Below are positions 1-12,580 of a stretch of 64,000 nt of DNA, one piece after another (positions within the stretch are counted from its first letter, which is position 1; each line of letters opens with the position of its first letter). Source of the DNA: Mobula hypostoma (lineage: Eukaryota); the NCBI RefSeq assembly GCF_963921235.1, contig NC_086097.1:201936001-202000000 (forward strand), in the 5' to 3' direction. The notes beneath the pieces were generated by a model. The model was not told the origin of the DNA. It did no database searches and saw only the letters and a list, made by a program, of their open reading frames with translations. The translations under genes and the position numbers were made by a program.

Positions 1-478
1 GAGTGCTTTCACATGAGAGATTGATGTCCTTGAATGGCCCAGAGTCTTGATCTTAATCTGATCTAACATCTCTGGCAAAGCCTCAAGATCGCTATCCACC
101 ACCGCTCCCCAAATAACCTGGCACAGTTTGAGCAAGTTTGCAAGGAGGAATGAGCAAATTGTGCTCCATTACATTGTGCAAAACCAGCAGAGATTTATCC
201 AAAAAGACTACTGGCTGTGCCAGCTACAAGTAGTGGGTCAACTCTGTACTGAGCAAAGAGAGAGGAATTATTTTGAACTGCTGACATTTCAGTTTTTGAA
301 TTTTTTAGTTTTACATCCTTTACAAGTCTTCCTGATTTCTTGCGGGCTCTGCTGTGGAAAAAAAAAGAGCATGTGATTCACAAATAAAAATTCTCAGTTA
401 AATTGATCAAGATTCCTGGTTGTAATACTCATTTATGTGAGCAAGGGGTTAGGGGCTGAATACTTTCACAAGGCACTG
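1..478 (+). mobile_element. Tc1-family DNA transposon, 3' end (decayed transposase C-terminus plus right TIR), cut by the window edge
   Basis: Frameshifted remnants read VLEWP..., HLWQSLK...NNLAQFEQVCKEE and EIYPKRLLAV...GSTLY*, matching the Tc1 C-terminus (WPSQSPDLNPIEHLW...KEEW...YPKRL.AV...GGSTKY). It ends in ggggctgaatactttcacaaggcactg followed by TA (479-480). Confidence 0.85.
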
Positions 479-664
479 TATTTTTAAACAGCTCCTGCTG
501 CACAATAAAAGGCAACATTGAGGCATCACAAAGGCTAAGATGCATCCTGTCACAAGCTCACCCTCACATCAGGGGTCCAGCCCAGACTCTCTCATGACTA
601 CAAAGCACACTACCAACCCAAACACTAAATGCAAAAATCGTAAAGCTACAACATAGGGCTACAG

Positions 665-850
665 TAAAATGATCTTCTTGACAAACTCAGTGGGTCAAGC
701 AGCATCTATGGAAGGAAAGGGATTATCAATAATTCAGGTCCATACCAGGACTGAATGTGGAAAGGGATGGCAACCAGAACAAAGAGAAAAGGGGGAGTAG
801 TGAAACAAGGGCCAATCAGTGACGAGACGAGATGTACCCTAGATGACAGA
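665..850 (-). repeat. Old Penelope-terminus-derived repeat fragment
   Basis: aaactcagtgggtcaagcagcatctatggaagg resembles the ggaactcagcaggccaggcagcatctatggaaaag family seen at 8190, 22830 and 44090. Confidence 0.5.
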
Positions 851-1280
851 AAATGCAAGCAATAGAATTAAGGAATCCCATAATCAAAGCTCTATAATTC
901 CTTCATGTCAAGTCTAGATAGTGCTGGGCAGTGAAAGGAGACAGTTCCAAGAAATTACTGTACTGAATGGTGGCAGAGCCCAAGCTATGAGTACCAAAAA
1001 CAATGCCAACGCTTTCATTACCATTTTCAATTAGAAGTGTCAAATGCAAGTCAATTTTTTCCTGAGATCCCCTCCATAAGAAATGCCAGACTTCAGCTAA
1101 TTCAAATCACTTCAAGTAATGGTTGACAGCAAAAGCAGTAGCATTTAAGACTCAGGAGCTGCTGTGCATCTGGCCAACTAATTCTCATATAATGGCAGCT
1201 ACTTAACAATTCAAAACTGCCCATAATTGTGCAATAAAATGCAGAGTATATCTAATCAGATTAAATATCACATGAAAGAA

Positions 1281-1930
1281 AAATAGAGGGCTATGTGGGA
1301 AGGAAGGGTTAGATTGAGCTTGGAGTAGGTTAGCTTTCATAAGTCGAGGGATAGAGTTTAAGAGTCGCAACGTAATGATGCAGCTCTATAAAACTCTGGT
1401 TAGGCCACACTTGGAGTACTGTGTCCAGTCCTGGTCGCCTCACTATAGGAAGGATGTGGAAGCATTAGAAAGGGAACAGAGGAGATTTACCAGGATGCTG
1501 CCTGGTTTAGGGAGTATGGATTATGATCAGAGATTAAGGGAGCTAGGGCTTTACTCTTTGGAGAGAAGGAGGATGAGAAGAGGAGACATGATAGAGGTGT
1601 ACAAGATAATAAAAGGAATAGATAGAGTGGATAGCCAGCGCCTCTTCCCCAGGGCACCACTGCTCAATACAAGGGGACATGGCTTTAAGGTAAGGGGTGG
1701 GAAGTTCAAGGGGGATATTAGAGGAAGGTTTTTTACTCAGAGAGTGGTTGGTGCATGGAATTCTCTGCCTGAGTCAGTGGTGGAGGCAGATACACTAGTG
1801 AAATTTAACAGACTACTAGCTAGGTACATGGAGGAATTTAAGTTGGGGGGTTATATGGAAGGCAGGGTTTGAGGGTCAACACAACATTGTGGACCGAAAG
1901 GCCTGTACTGTACTGTCCTGTGTTCTATGG
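1281..1930 (+). mobile_element. CR1 LINE 3' fragment (ORF2 C-terminus and 3' UTR)
   Basis: ORF 1375-1872 has LYKTLVRPHLEYCVQSWSPHYRKD...LGLYSLERRR..RGDMIEVYKI...FFTQRVVGAWNSLP, typical of the CR1 ORF2 C-terminus; it ends in a short simple-repeat tail. Confidence 0.95.
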
Positions 1931-3216
1931 TCTTTCTCAGTCACTTGCAAAGTCAAGTGAGTATAATTGATATTGCAGCCATATAGCATTTACTCACCAA
2001 GTTACATGTACTTTCCGACTTAGTTTGTTTTCCAATAAGACCATTATAGCCTTGGTTCAAACATGAATAAAAAGAAATTGAACACCAAAGGCAAAATGAA
2101 ATTGCCATCTGTAATATAGAAGTCAGGAGTACGATGACCTAGATGAGATTCAAGAAACTTAACCTCTTTAGGACAAAGCAGTCTACTTAAATGATACCCC
2201 TTTCACTGTTCCAAACAATCACTTATTCCACCAATAGCGCATCAGGTTCGTAACATGTAGAACTGCAAGTTTCACTGCATCAGCTCACTAACGTTTCTTT
2301 AAAACCTGCTAAGTTCACAACTTGTACGCCATAGACAGAAGGCACCTGGGAACACCAGCCCCTGCAAGTTTCCTCCAAATTACACACCACTGGGAATAAA
2401 TTTCTGTTCCTTGACCTTTTCATGGGATAAATAGAGTGTGAACACTCTACCCAGGGCTCAAACTGCATCACTTCAAGGTTACCTCTCAATGACAAATAGG
2501 GATGCTTGATAAACATTGGACTCCAGTCCCAAACAATTGTTTTGAAAATAGACAAAAAGAAATCCACTATCAATTGCTCATCACAATCTTCAAATTCATT
2601 CAGTGTGAAATTATTAACATAAAAGTAGGTGAATATTTGAAATTCTCTTCTCTGGAGAGATGTGGAATTGAGGTAATTGGAGATTTAAAAGGCATAATAT
2701 ATTTTTTGGAGGATTAAGAAATTCAGGGCTATGAGGAACTGGAACAAAACAGCTGTAATATATTTAGTTTCAGTGCAACACTGGTGGGCTGCCCGTTTTC
2801 TTGTACTGTGGTTTTTGTGTGTCATCAGACTGATGGGATGAAAGCTTGGTAGGGTTGTCTGCAACCTGTAATTTGTACGTGCTTCTGGTGTCAAAGTGTC
2901 TTGTACAAATTACATCATTCAAGTAATTCAGTTCTACTATTAATTGACTACATTGTGCAAGTATTTTTTGTTGAGGGTGTGTTTATTGCATACAGGTGTC
3001 ACTATAGCCTGTAAAAATCATGCCCTGTCAAGACGGAGCTAAGAGTTATACCAGAAGACTTATGAATATCTTATATTCAGCCTTATACAGTAACATTGGC
3101 ACTGGGGGGGGGGGGAAGTGGGGGTGTGCAGCAGAGAAATAAAAATACAACTGCAGAATGGAAGATTAATATGCCACTGGAATTGATTTGCATTTTGCTC
3201 TAAATTATCAGTACAA

Positions 3217-4095
3217 TAGAACATAAACAGTATAGCACAGGAGCAGACCCTTCAGCCCACAATGTTACGCCAGACTAATTAAATTAGTCATCAAATGGCT
3301 AACTAACCTCTCCTACCTACACAATATCTATATGTTTCCATTTTCCTCACATTGATGTGTCTATCTAAACATTGCTCAGAAGTCTCCAATGTTTCTGCTG
3401 CCACCACCACCCCAGGCAATACATTCCAGGCACCCGCTACTCACTGTGTAAAAAACTTTCCCCTCACATCTCCTTTAAATTTACCTCTTCTCACCTTAAA
3501 TGCTTGCCCTCTGTTATTAGAAATTTCAACCCTTGGAAAAAGATATTGTCTTTAAGGTGCTTGGAAGTAGGTTGAGAGGAGATGTCAGAGGTAAGTTTTT
3601 TTACGCAGAGAGTGATGAGTGTGTGGAATGGGCTGCCGGCGACGGTGGTGGAGGCAGATACGATAGGGTCTTTTAAGAGACTCTTGGATAGGTACATGGA
3701 GCTTAAAAAATGGAGGGCTATGGGTAACCCTTGGTAATTTCTAAAGTAAGGACATGTTCGGCACAGCTTTGTGGGCCGAAGGGCCTGTATTGTGCTGTAG
3801 GTTTTCTATGTTTCTATATTTCTCTCTACCTATGCCTCTTATAATCCTTATAAACTTCTATCACATCTCCCCTCAGCCTTCGCTGCTCCAGAGAAAACAA
3901 CCCAAGTTTGTCCAGCATCTCTTTATAACACTGTAATCCAGGCAACATCCTGGTAAACCTCATCTGCACATTCTAACCCTAACCCTCTCCAAAGCCTCAA
4001 CATCCTTCCTATAATGGGGCAACCAGAGCTCTATTCAATACTTCAGATGCAGTCTAATTAGAGTTTTAAAAAGCTACAATATAAATTCCTGACCT
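3217..4095 (-). mobile_element. CR1 LINE 3' fragment, interrupted by a second CR1 tail
   Basis: The reverse complement gives FFTQ*VAGAWNVLP and RFTRMLPG motifs; it resumes after 3818. Confidence 0.85.
3553..3818 (+). mobile_element. CR1 LINE 3' tail nested in the opposite orientation
   Basis: FFTQRVMSVWNGLP, then gtgggccgaagggcctgtattgtgctgtaggttttctatgtttctat tail; the same tail recurs at 51428-51558. Confidence 0.9.
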
Positions 4096-5040
4096 TTCTC
4101 TGCATCCCTCCACTTTCTGACAGTGCTCCGGTTCTCATCTTCCCTACTAAACCAGGTAACCACCCCCCCACCCCCCAAGTAGCACGAGCGAACCTCTTGG
4201 CCAGGATATTCTTTCTCCTGCAGTTTAGATGCAACCCATCCCTCCTTTAAAGGTTCCGATTATTCAAAAACCTGAAACCCTGCCCCCTGCACCAATTCCT
4301 CAGCCACTCATCCATCTGTACTATCATCCTCTTCCTGCCATGACTAGCGGATGGGATCACAAGTAATCTAGAGATTACTACCCTAAGAGGTCTTGCTCTT
4401 CAGCCGCTTTCTAACTCCCTACACTCACTGCGAAGGACCTCTTCTCCCCTTCTACCAAGACCATTGGTGACAAATTCTCCCTCTTGAGAATGTTCTGCAG
4501 CCACTCTAAGACATCCTGGACCCTAACACCTGGGAGGCAACACACCATCCCGGCATCTCTTTTGCAGTTACAGAATCTCCTGTCCGTCCCCCGAACTATT
4601 GAGACTGTCTGACTTTACCCTCCCTGCTGAGCCTCAAAGCCAGTTTCAGTGTCACTGGCCTGGCTGCTGATGATGTGCCCTAACAGGTCATCCTCCGCCC
4701 CGCCCCCACCCCACCAGCAGTATCGATAGTGGTATACTTGATGCTGAGGAAAATGGCCACGGGGAATCCTGCACTAACTGCTTAAATGGCCACGGGGAAT
4801 CCTGCACTAACTGCTTACTCTCCTTACCACTTCTACTGGTCACCCATCTACTATCTGAAGCCTACACCCTGAGTGTGACAACCTCAGTTGAAAGCTTCAC
4901 CTCTGATGTTTTCAGCCTGCCAGAGGGTCCTGAATGCACCCAACTCCAGATCCTTGACCTTATCAGTCAGGAGCTGAAGCTGGATGTATTTCCTGCAGAT
5001 CTAGACATCAAGGTACCCTGCAATCTGACATCTTAAAGGA
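4096..5040 (-). mobile_element. CR1 LINE ORF1 remnant (SGNH esterase-like region)
   Basis: The reverse complement near 4180-4250 reads RDGLHLNCRRKNILAKRFARA, like the CR1 ORF1 esterase motif DGLHL; a CCLPGVRVQDV motif lies near 4510-4545. Confidence 0.75.
4751..4817. repeat. Perfect 33-bp tandem duplication
   Basis: aaatggccacggggaatcctgcactaactgctt occurs at 4751-4783 and again at 4784-4816. Confidence 0.95.
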
Positions 5041-6059
5041 GAAGCATTCCATAGTCTGAACTACCATCCTGCCTACACTTGTTATATGTTTGGCTCTAAC
5101 TTCTCAAGTCTAACTTCTAGACTCTGGCTGCTCTAGCTGAAACCTGTTGAGCCAAAGCCTATACCAATATTACTCCAATTCAGTAGTTAAATGTGTCTTT
5201 ACAAAGCACACTAAATAGCACATCATTGTAAGACTCTCGGGAAAATTATACTGGCCTCTATCTCCCAATTTATAGACTACCATCCGATGGGTACCAAGAC
5301 AAAGTTTACAATCTTTGTTAAATTTTGGCATGAGTATACATGAATAATTATTGAACAATGAGATTCCTCTGTTAAAACACAAGTCTTTTTTGGTAAAAAT
5401 GCACAACTTTGGGAGTCATGAGAGTTGCAGCTATCTAACTTCGTGCTTGTTTATCTATTAGATAGAATAAATAATGTTTCTCTCTGGGGTTTGCAATAAG
5501 ATTTTTCATTTTCTTAGGTTACATACAAATTCCTGCTGTATTGCACACTGACAAAACAATTATATACAAATTGCTATAGTTAAAGCCATGTGTGACTCAT
5601 CAAACACACAAGGAAAGGAGCAAATTGCACTTACATTGTACTTATCACAGTCAGAGGATGTCTCAAAAGGCGCTCCACTCAATAAAATAGCTTTGAACTT
5701 TATCTGTCATAATGCTATTGTATTTAGAAGCCAATTTGTGGTCAGGCAATAATGAGGAAGAGATGGTTTTGAAATGTTGAGAGATAAATATTTACCAGGG
5801 AACAAATTTAAATATATGCACGAGAGAGAAAAAAATGCCTTGTTAAAATGAAAGCACTTACAGCAGTACAGAGCTGCACTGAAATTATTGCTAATTTATA
5901 TTTCAAAGTCTCTATTATGGTGACTGAACCCATAAGCTTCTGATTTAGAAGACCACAGTCATGGCTAACAATCACCCAAGCCAGACAAAAAAAATTGCAG
6001 CCAAATTTGGGAAAAGAATTCTGAGAAATTCTTCTCAACCTATCAGGTAGCCAAGCAAG

Positions 6060-7780
6060 TTACCTGAGTGTTAAGGTGGTCAAATGCCCACGGCCTGATT
6101 ACGTGCAAACTCAGATCTTATGGGAAGCTAGGGAAGAAACACGATGACCCTGGTAGAAATACTTGCTTTGTGATTAGGCACTAGCGAAGTTCTAAAACAC
6201 AAGAGGGTGGCTAATATTGTTCTATTGTTAAAGAAATTGCAAGGACAGGCCAGGGAACTACAGGCCATCGAGCCTGACTTGAGTTGCAGGGAAGTTACTG
6301 TAAGCAATTCTAATGGACAAGATCTACCAAGTCAGGAGTAGTCAGCATTGTTTTGTGCATGGGAGGTCATGTCTGACAAATCTCTGAGATTTTCAAAGAA
6401 GTAACTAAGGAGATAGATGAGGGTAGGGCAGTGGAAGTTGTCAATGTGGGTTTTCATAGGCCTTTGATGAGATACTGCATGACACACTCATCTGGAAGGC
6501 TAGGTCACATGGGATTCAGGGAGAACTAGCAAGGTAGCTTCAGAAATGGTTTGATGATAGGAAGCAAACTGTGATGGTTGAAGGTCAATTCTCCATCTGG
6601 AGGCTTGTGTCTAGTGGGATGCCTCAGGGGTCAGTGTTGTTACTATTATGTAAATTACAGTCATATTACAAGCAGTTGTACAAGTAAGCAGTGGCATTTA
6701 GTATGCTGGCCTTTATCAGTAATGGCATTGATTTTAGTAGTAGAGACATGATGTTGCAATTATATAAATAGTTGGTGAGAGTGCACTTGGGGAATTGTGT
6801 ACACTTTTAGTCACCCTTTTATTGGAAAGACATTATCCATCTGGAGTGGGTGCAGAATAAATTAGTGAGGATGCCACCAAGACTAGAGGATCTGAAGTAC
6901 AGGGAGAGATGGACCATACTAGATCTTTATTCCCTAAAGCACAAGAAAATGAGGGATGGTCTCATAGACGTTTATAAAATCATGGTGGGTGTGGATAAGG
7001 TGGACAGCATAGTCTTTCCCCCAGGACTGGGGAGTTAAAAACTAGAAGACATGGATATAAGACGAGAGAGAGATTTAAAAGAAACCTAAGAGGCGCGTGG
7101 TGAAAACTGCTCAGCGGATTATCGGCACCCAATTGCCCACCATTGAGAACATCTACCATAAACGCTGCCTGGGCAGGGCGAAAAGCATTATCAGGGGTGC
7201 ATCTCACCCTAACCATGGACTTCTAAATTCTCCTCCCTCCCGGTAGGCACTACAGGATCCTCCGCTCCTGTACCAGCAGGCACAGGAAGAGCTTCTTCCC
7301 CGAGGCTGTGACACTGCTGAACCTCTCATCACGGCGTTAAGCAGTATTGCATCCGTATTGTACGGTCTCAGTACTTTTCTATTTGTGTGCTGCAGCACTT
7401 TTTTAATTCGCAGTTATTTTGTAAATAACACTATTCTTTGCATTTCCGGTCAGATGCTAAATACATTTCATTGGGTTTGTATCTGTACTCGGCACAATGA
7501 CAATAAAGTTGAATCTAATCTAATCTAAGCTAAACTTCTTTACACAGGGGATAGTGTAAACTGCCAGAGGAAGTGGTCGAAGCTGGTACAAATGCAACAT
7601 TAAAGAAGCATCTGGACAGATATATGGAAGAGAAGAGCTGGGGGGGGCAGGGGTGGGTGGGTTTGTTGGAAAGTTATGGGCCAAACACAGCTAACTGGGG
7701 CTAGCAGGGAATATGCTGATGTCAGCTTGGACCAGTTGGGCCAAAGGACCTGGCTCCATATTACATTACTTTATGAGACT
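6060..7780 (+). mobile_element. Decayed CR1 LINE ORF2 (RT to 3' UTR), split by a Rex1-type insertion
   Basis: Remnants of GNYRP, SQH.FV.GRSCLTNL, SGMPQGSVL and LDLYSLKHKKMRDGLIDVYKI; it resumes at about 7530 with aacttctttacacag. Confidence 0.85.
7092..7528 (+). mobile_element. Rex1/Babar-type LINE 3' fragment
   Basis: RVVKTAQRIIGTQLPTIENIYHKRCLGRAKSII...SHPNHGL...PSGRHY...SFFPEAVTLLN; aataaa and an (aatct)n tail. Confidence 0.85.
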
Positions 7781-8188
7781 ATGATTATGAGATAACAATA
7801 TCAGAAAATTAGTTGCCAATCTACAAAAAAAAATCTCATGAACATGCTCTCGAGTGATTTTGGTTGAGAAAGAAGTCTAAAAGGCCGGCAATCAAGATTC
7901 TGAGTCATTAGAGTTACACAGTCATATAGTCCATATGCTCACTGCATCCATATGGACCACTGTACTTATTTATACTAAATCCCATCCATTTCCTCCCCCT
8001 CAGTCCATAGCCTCTATGCCTCAGCAATTCAACAAATTATATACATTCATTATACCTTCTACAGCAGGTTATGCTCACCAGAGAAATTATTTTATCCTTT
8101 GAAAAATTACTTATTAGATTTTGTAGCAAAACATCAGAGCTTCCTGAAGTAGCAGCAACAAATTCCCACATAACTATTTAATTTCGAC

Positions 8189-8362
8189 ATGCACAAAATG
8201 CTGGAGGAACTCAGCAGACCAGGCAGCAGCTATGGAAAAGAGTAACAGTCACCATCTCTGACTGTTTACTATTTCCATTGATGCTGCCCGGCCTGCTGAG
8301 TTCCTCCAGCATTTTTTGTGTGTTGCTTTGGATTTCCAGCATCTGCAGAATTTTTCATGCTT
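8189..8362. repeat. Fold-back (hairpin) Penelope-terminus-derived element
   Basis: cacaaaatgctggaggaactcagcag...acagtc, a 9-nt spacer, then gactgt...ctgctgagttcctccagcattttttgtg: imperfect inverted arms of about 60 bp. Confidence 0.8.
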
Positions 8363-8752
8363 GTATAACCATCTCATACTTCAATATTTAAATGTGTAAA
8401 CACAGTTCCAAAATTGCAATTTTTGTAAAAAAAATCAACACATCAGGCAACATCCATGGATAGAGAAACAATAAACAGTTCAGATCTGAGACCCTTCATC
8501 ACTTCTCCTGCTGAGTTTCTACATATTTTTTCTGTTTTTATTTTGAATCTCCACGATCTGCAGGTCTTTGATTCCCTGAATTGCAGTCCTCAATTTACAT
8601 TTGTTTTCCTAACATATCAGAATGCTAATGCAGGGGCATCTTCATTAATCATTTGTAATAGTGGGGAATGGTTGCATAGGTTTAAGATAAATATAACTGA
8701 CTTAAATTTCTTTTGCCGGCTCTTTTTACGCAACCATAGCATTGCATTTTAC

Positions 8753-9075
8753 GCAAATGCAATGCTAGCGCTCATTTCAAGAGGTCTAGAATACAAAAGC
8801 AGGGATGTTATGCTCCCAACTATGATATTCTTTCAGTTATGACTCAGTGATGCCCACAGCATCATACCCGCCAATCTCTAACTGAGCTACAAGATCATCT
8901 GCCTTATTCTGTCTATAACACTTTCGGTTCTGTATTTGTCCCCTTTTTTGATTTTGTCCACCTGTTACACTGCAACTCAATCTAATGACTGCAATTTTGT
9001 CCCGTCATCTGCCTGTCCTTCCTGACAGTCTCACTACACACTGCCACCGCTTGTATACTAACTGCTGCATCCTCA
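8753..9075. mobile_element. Two fused CR1 pieces: a short + strand ORF2 fragment (8753-8812) and a - strand APE-endonuclease start (8813-9075)
   Basis: The + strand reads ANAMLALISRGLEYKSRDVML; the - strand reads GGYDAVGITES*LKEYHSWE. Confidence 0.7.
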
Positions 9076-10337
9076 AAGTCATTGTGTCAAAGGTTAGCAA
9101 TGGAAATTGAAGACACTAGTTATTTGGTCCCACAAACTGACATAACATGCAAGTGTCAAAGTCTTCCTTGTATTCAAAGTTTAGATGGAGAAAATGGCAA
9201 CTTCTCCAAAATGGGATATCATACAAACTGACCGACACCACAGTCATTCTGCAAAGATCAACAGAGATGTAGAGGGTTGCACTGGCCTAATGGAATTCCC
9301 TTGTTTTCTTTTTATTTCTTCACTCTCTTTTCTGAAGGTGTATTTGTGTACATGGATTTTATATCTTCAGACAATAGTGCAAAGAAACAAAAAGAAAGCA
9401 AGGGAATTCCAGCAGGCCAGATTGCAGGAGTGTAACATGTCGAAGAATATCTTCATCAATTATGCCAAAAGTAGAAGAGAAATTATATTGCACCATAGGC
9501 CCATTCATAGAAAATAATAATTTTGCCTTTTATTTGAAATCCTTAAACATCCATGTTGAATGCACACAACCTTAATTCCTTACAGCAGAGAAATTTTTTT
9601 CTCTACTAAATATGGAGCATATTTGAGGTATGTCCATGAGCTAACATTCATTTTTTATTAAGACAAGATGGCTCTTCTATCTAAATAGGAAACATTATCT
9701 TTCTGTACCTCTGATGAATTAGGAATTGCGCAAGTTTCATTTTAAATATTGCAACAGAATCAATATTGACTACACTAGGTGGCAGTCTATCCCCCAAGTA
9801 GGTAATTCAAAGTAGTGACATTGAATGAACTAAAACATATGGAGATTATACTTATTTGTAACTAAACCTGATGTCAGTGTTGTTTCCATAAGATTATCAC
9901 TTATAATTTTGTATTTAATTTGAGCACATAACATCATATTTAAAGGCTATTACATTTTCTCTGTGTCATTTATGAATGCTGCATCAGTCAATGTATCCCA
10001 ACTAACCTGTGCAAATATAATTTGGTAGCTTTCTGGTTCATCCCTTATCCCTGCATATGTTGGGTTACTATTACAGAGAATATTTGATTTTGATAGTTCA
10101 ACAAAATCCTTTCACCATCTTACTGCTTCCGATCTCTGTAGCCATCTTCAATTCTATCCTTCTGTACAATATGCTCCTGATGTTTTTCACCATTTTCTTC
10201 ATTTCTCAGTCTCTCCCTCTTCCTTCACAATACACCCTAAAACCTACCTAGCCTAATATTTCCTATGTATACTGATGTCGAGTTTTAATGCTAAAGCTCT
10301 TGCAAAACATCCCAGCAACAATATTAATGCTGTAATA

Positions 10338-10995
10338 TCAAGATCTAAGATTGTTTAATGTGATTTCCAGTACACAAGTGTAAAGGAGAACAAAATAATG
10401 TTACTCCAGATCTGATGCAGCATAAAAAAAACACAATAAAGAACACAATAAGAATAAATACAAATACAAAATATACCTTATATTCATATACTGATTCCAT
10501 ATCCATAAAGTGATGCTAGGCAGAGGGGTGTCTGTACATAATGGTGACTCTGACAGGAAATGTTGAAGTAATGGTGATGGGGGATGTGGTAGGATGGACT
10601 AGTGGGTGGAGGTATTGATCAGCCTAATTGCTTGGGGAAAGTAACTGCTCTTGGTCCTGTCATGGATGCCACATTGTCTTCCCCTGATGGCAGTGGGACA
10701 AACAGTCTATGAGCAGGATTAGTGGGATTCTTCATGACGTTGCTGGCCTTTTCCCAGTATCCTTCTGTATATATGTCCTCTTTGGTGAATAGGCTGATGC
10801 GGGTGATGCATTGGACAGTTCTGACTACCCGTTGCAGGGCCTTCCTCTCCACTGAAGTGCAGTTTCTGTACAATGCAGTGATACAGCATGATAGGATGCT
10901 CTTTACTCTGCACCTGTAGAAGGACACGTGTATCGTTGTGCATAGTCCAACTTTCTTCAGCCTCCTCAGAAAGTAGGGGCATTGGTGAGTTTTCT
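10338..10995 (-). mobile_element. Rex1/Babar-type LINE 3' fragment
   Basis: ORF 10619-10927: FYRCRVKSILSCCITALYRNC...ALQRVVRTVQCIT...PTNPAHRLFVPLPSG. Confidence 0.9.
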
Positions 10996-11801
10996 TTGCT
11001 ACTTATTGTAATCACAAGTCCTGTCTTTTTTTGGAGATATTCATCTTCATTTGGGTCCTAGGTTGCAACATTACCAAGTGACGATTTTTCATATACATTT
11101 ATAATTGACTAGCATGAGGTTTTTCAAATTTGGGGAATATAATCATCAATAAAGTAAATTTGCAAGTATCAAATATGTTCATGAAAATCTGTTGCATAGC
11201 TTTTAAGCTCTGTGTGGCACTGTAACAGCTTGAATAATTAACTTTTACTTCTTTCTGCAGCACTTGGACCAACCATTACCTATGATTCTTTCTCATCTGC
11301 AGTCAGATAAACTTGCAGAAGAAAAGGATCAAATAGTCCTGTTCTGTATGAATTAATCTGTTGAACTAGGGAACAACACATTTTGCTTTAAATTCATTGA
11401 CTAAATTTTTATTGACTATATCTGCATGTTTCTGAATATTATCTTTCCTCAATCAAATAGATGTCATCTGTAATTGATCACATTCTGACATTAATGTCAT
11501 CAGGATCATTCACACTATAAATAATGCAAGTAGGTAGAAAGTTAATTACATCTGTCTGATTACAACTACAACACTAATCACTAACCTTCATCTTCTTATA
11601 ATTAGCTTGATTTATCATCTAAATCACTGTATTCTGTTTTACAGCAAGTACTTTGTTTATGTACATCATGGCTGAGATACAGTATCAAATCTCGCTAAGC
11701 AAGAAGGTATACAAGATCACCAACATTATCCATTCTCTAATTTTGTAACAACTTCAGAAACAGGATCTAGTGCTTTCCTGACATATGTGACAAATAAGCA
11801 C

Positions 11802-12580
11802 TTCTCAGGATTCCAGTTGGATACAGATACCGATTATAACCAATGTTTCGATGACAAACTCTTCCACCTTCTTTATGGATGATGCCTGGGCATGTCTAGT
11901 CCGGTGGTATTTATACCCCCATTGTCCATCCCTCCTGATTGGATAGTCCTCATCCAATCAGGTTTCTGCTCTCCCGCCTTGTTTATAATTGAATTCTAGT
12001 TCTTACTTAGAGCAATTAATACCATCTATAAACCCATAAGGAAGCTCAAGTCACAGCTTCTGTGGGTCAAAGATGACCTGGGACTCAGATCGGCTGGCAT
12101 TTACAGGATTCTCAGTGAATGCCGAGCAGCATATATCGGCCAAACGAGATGCACAGTGGAAACCCGCATCAAGGAGCACAGGAAGTGTATCCATTTGGGT
12201 TAACCGGATAAGTCGGCAGAAGCAGAACGTTGCATTTACAACGGCCATAGGATTGACTGACAACACATAACTACTGTGCCACGTTAATGGCTTTTAGGAC
12301 TGTCTGGTAAAGGAAGCATTGAAATAAAACTAGAGGAAAAGAATTTTAACAAAGACGAGGATCTTGCTCTAAGTGAGAACTGGAATTTGATTGTAAACAA
12401 GGTGGGAGAATGGTAACCTGATTGTATGAGAACTAACCAATCAGGAGGGATGGACTACGGGGTATAAATACCACCGGACTAGATGTACACAAGGCATCAT
12501 TCCTGAAGAAGATGACAGAGTTAGTCACTGAAACTTTGATTATAATCAATACCTGAAACCACCTGGAAGTCCAAGAAGAA
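11802..12580 (+). mobile_element. Penelope-like retroelement: GIY-YIG endonuclease remnant and 3' terminus, with an inverted copy of the terminus at the 5' side
   Basis: 12095-12260 translates GIYRILSECRAAYIGQTRCTVETRIKEHRKCIHLG (GIY-YIG). 11802-12015 is the reverse complement of about 12364-12578. Confidence 0.88.

Noticed and set aside
4751..4817. 33-bp repeats as a CRISPR-like array
   Set aside because: Two adjacent copies with no spacer, inside a LINE in a eukaryotic genome.
9185..9517. 110-aa ORF and a + strand acceptor-like site near 9337
   Set aside because: No recognisable protein similarity or matching donor; a pyrimidine tract plus AG is common by chance.
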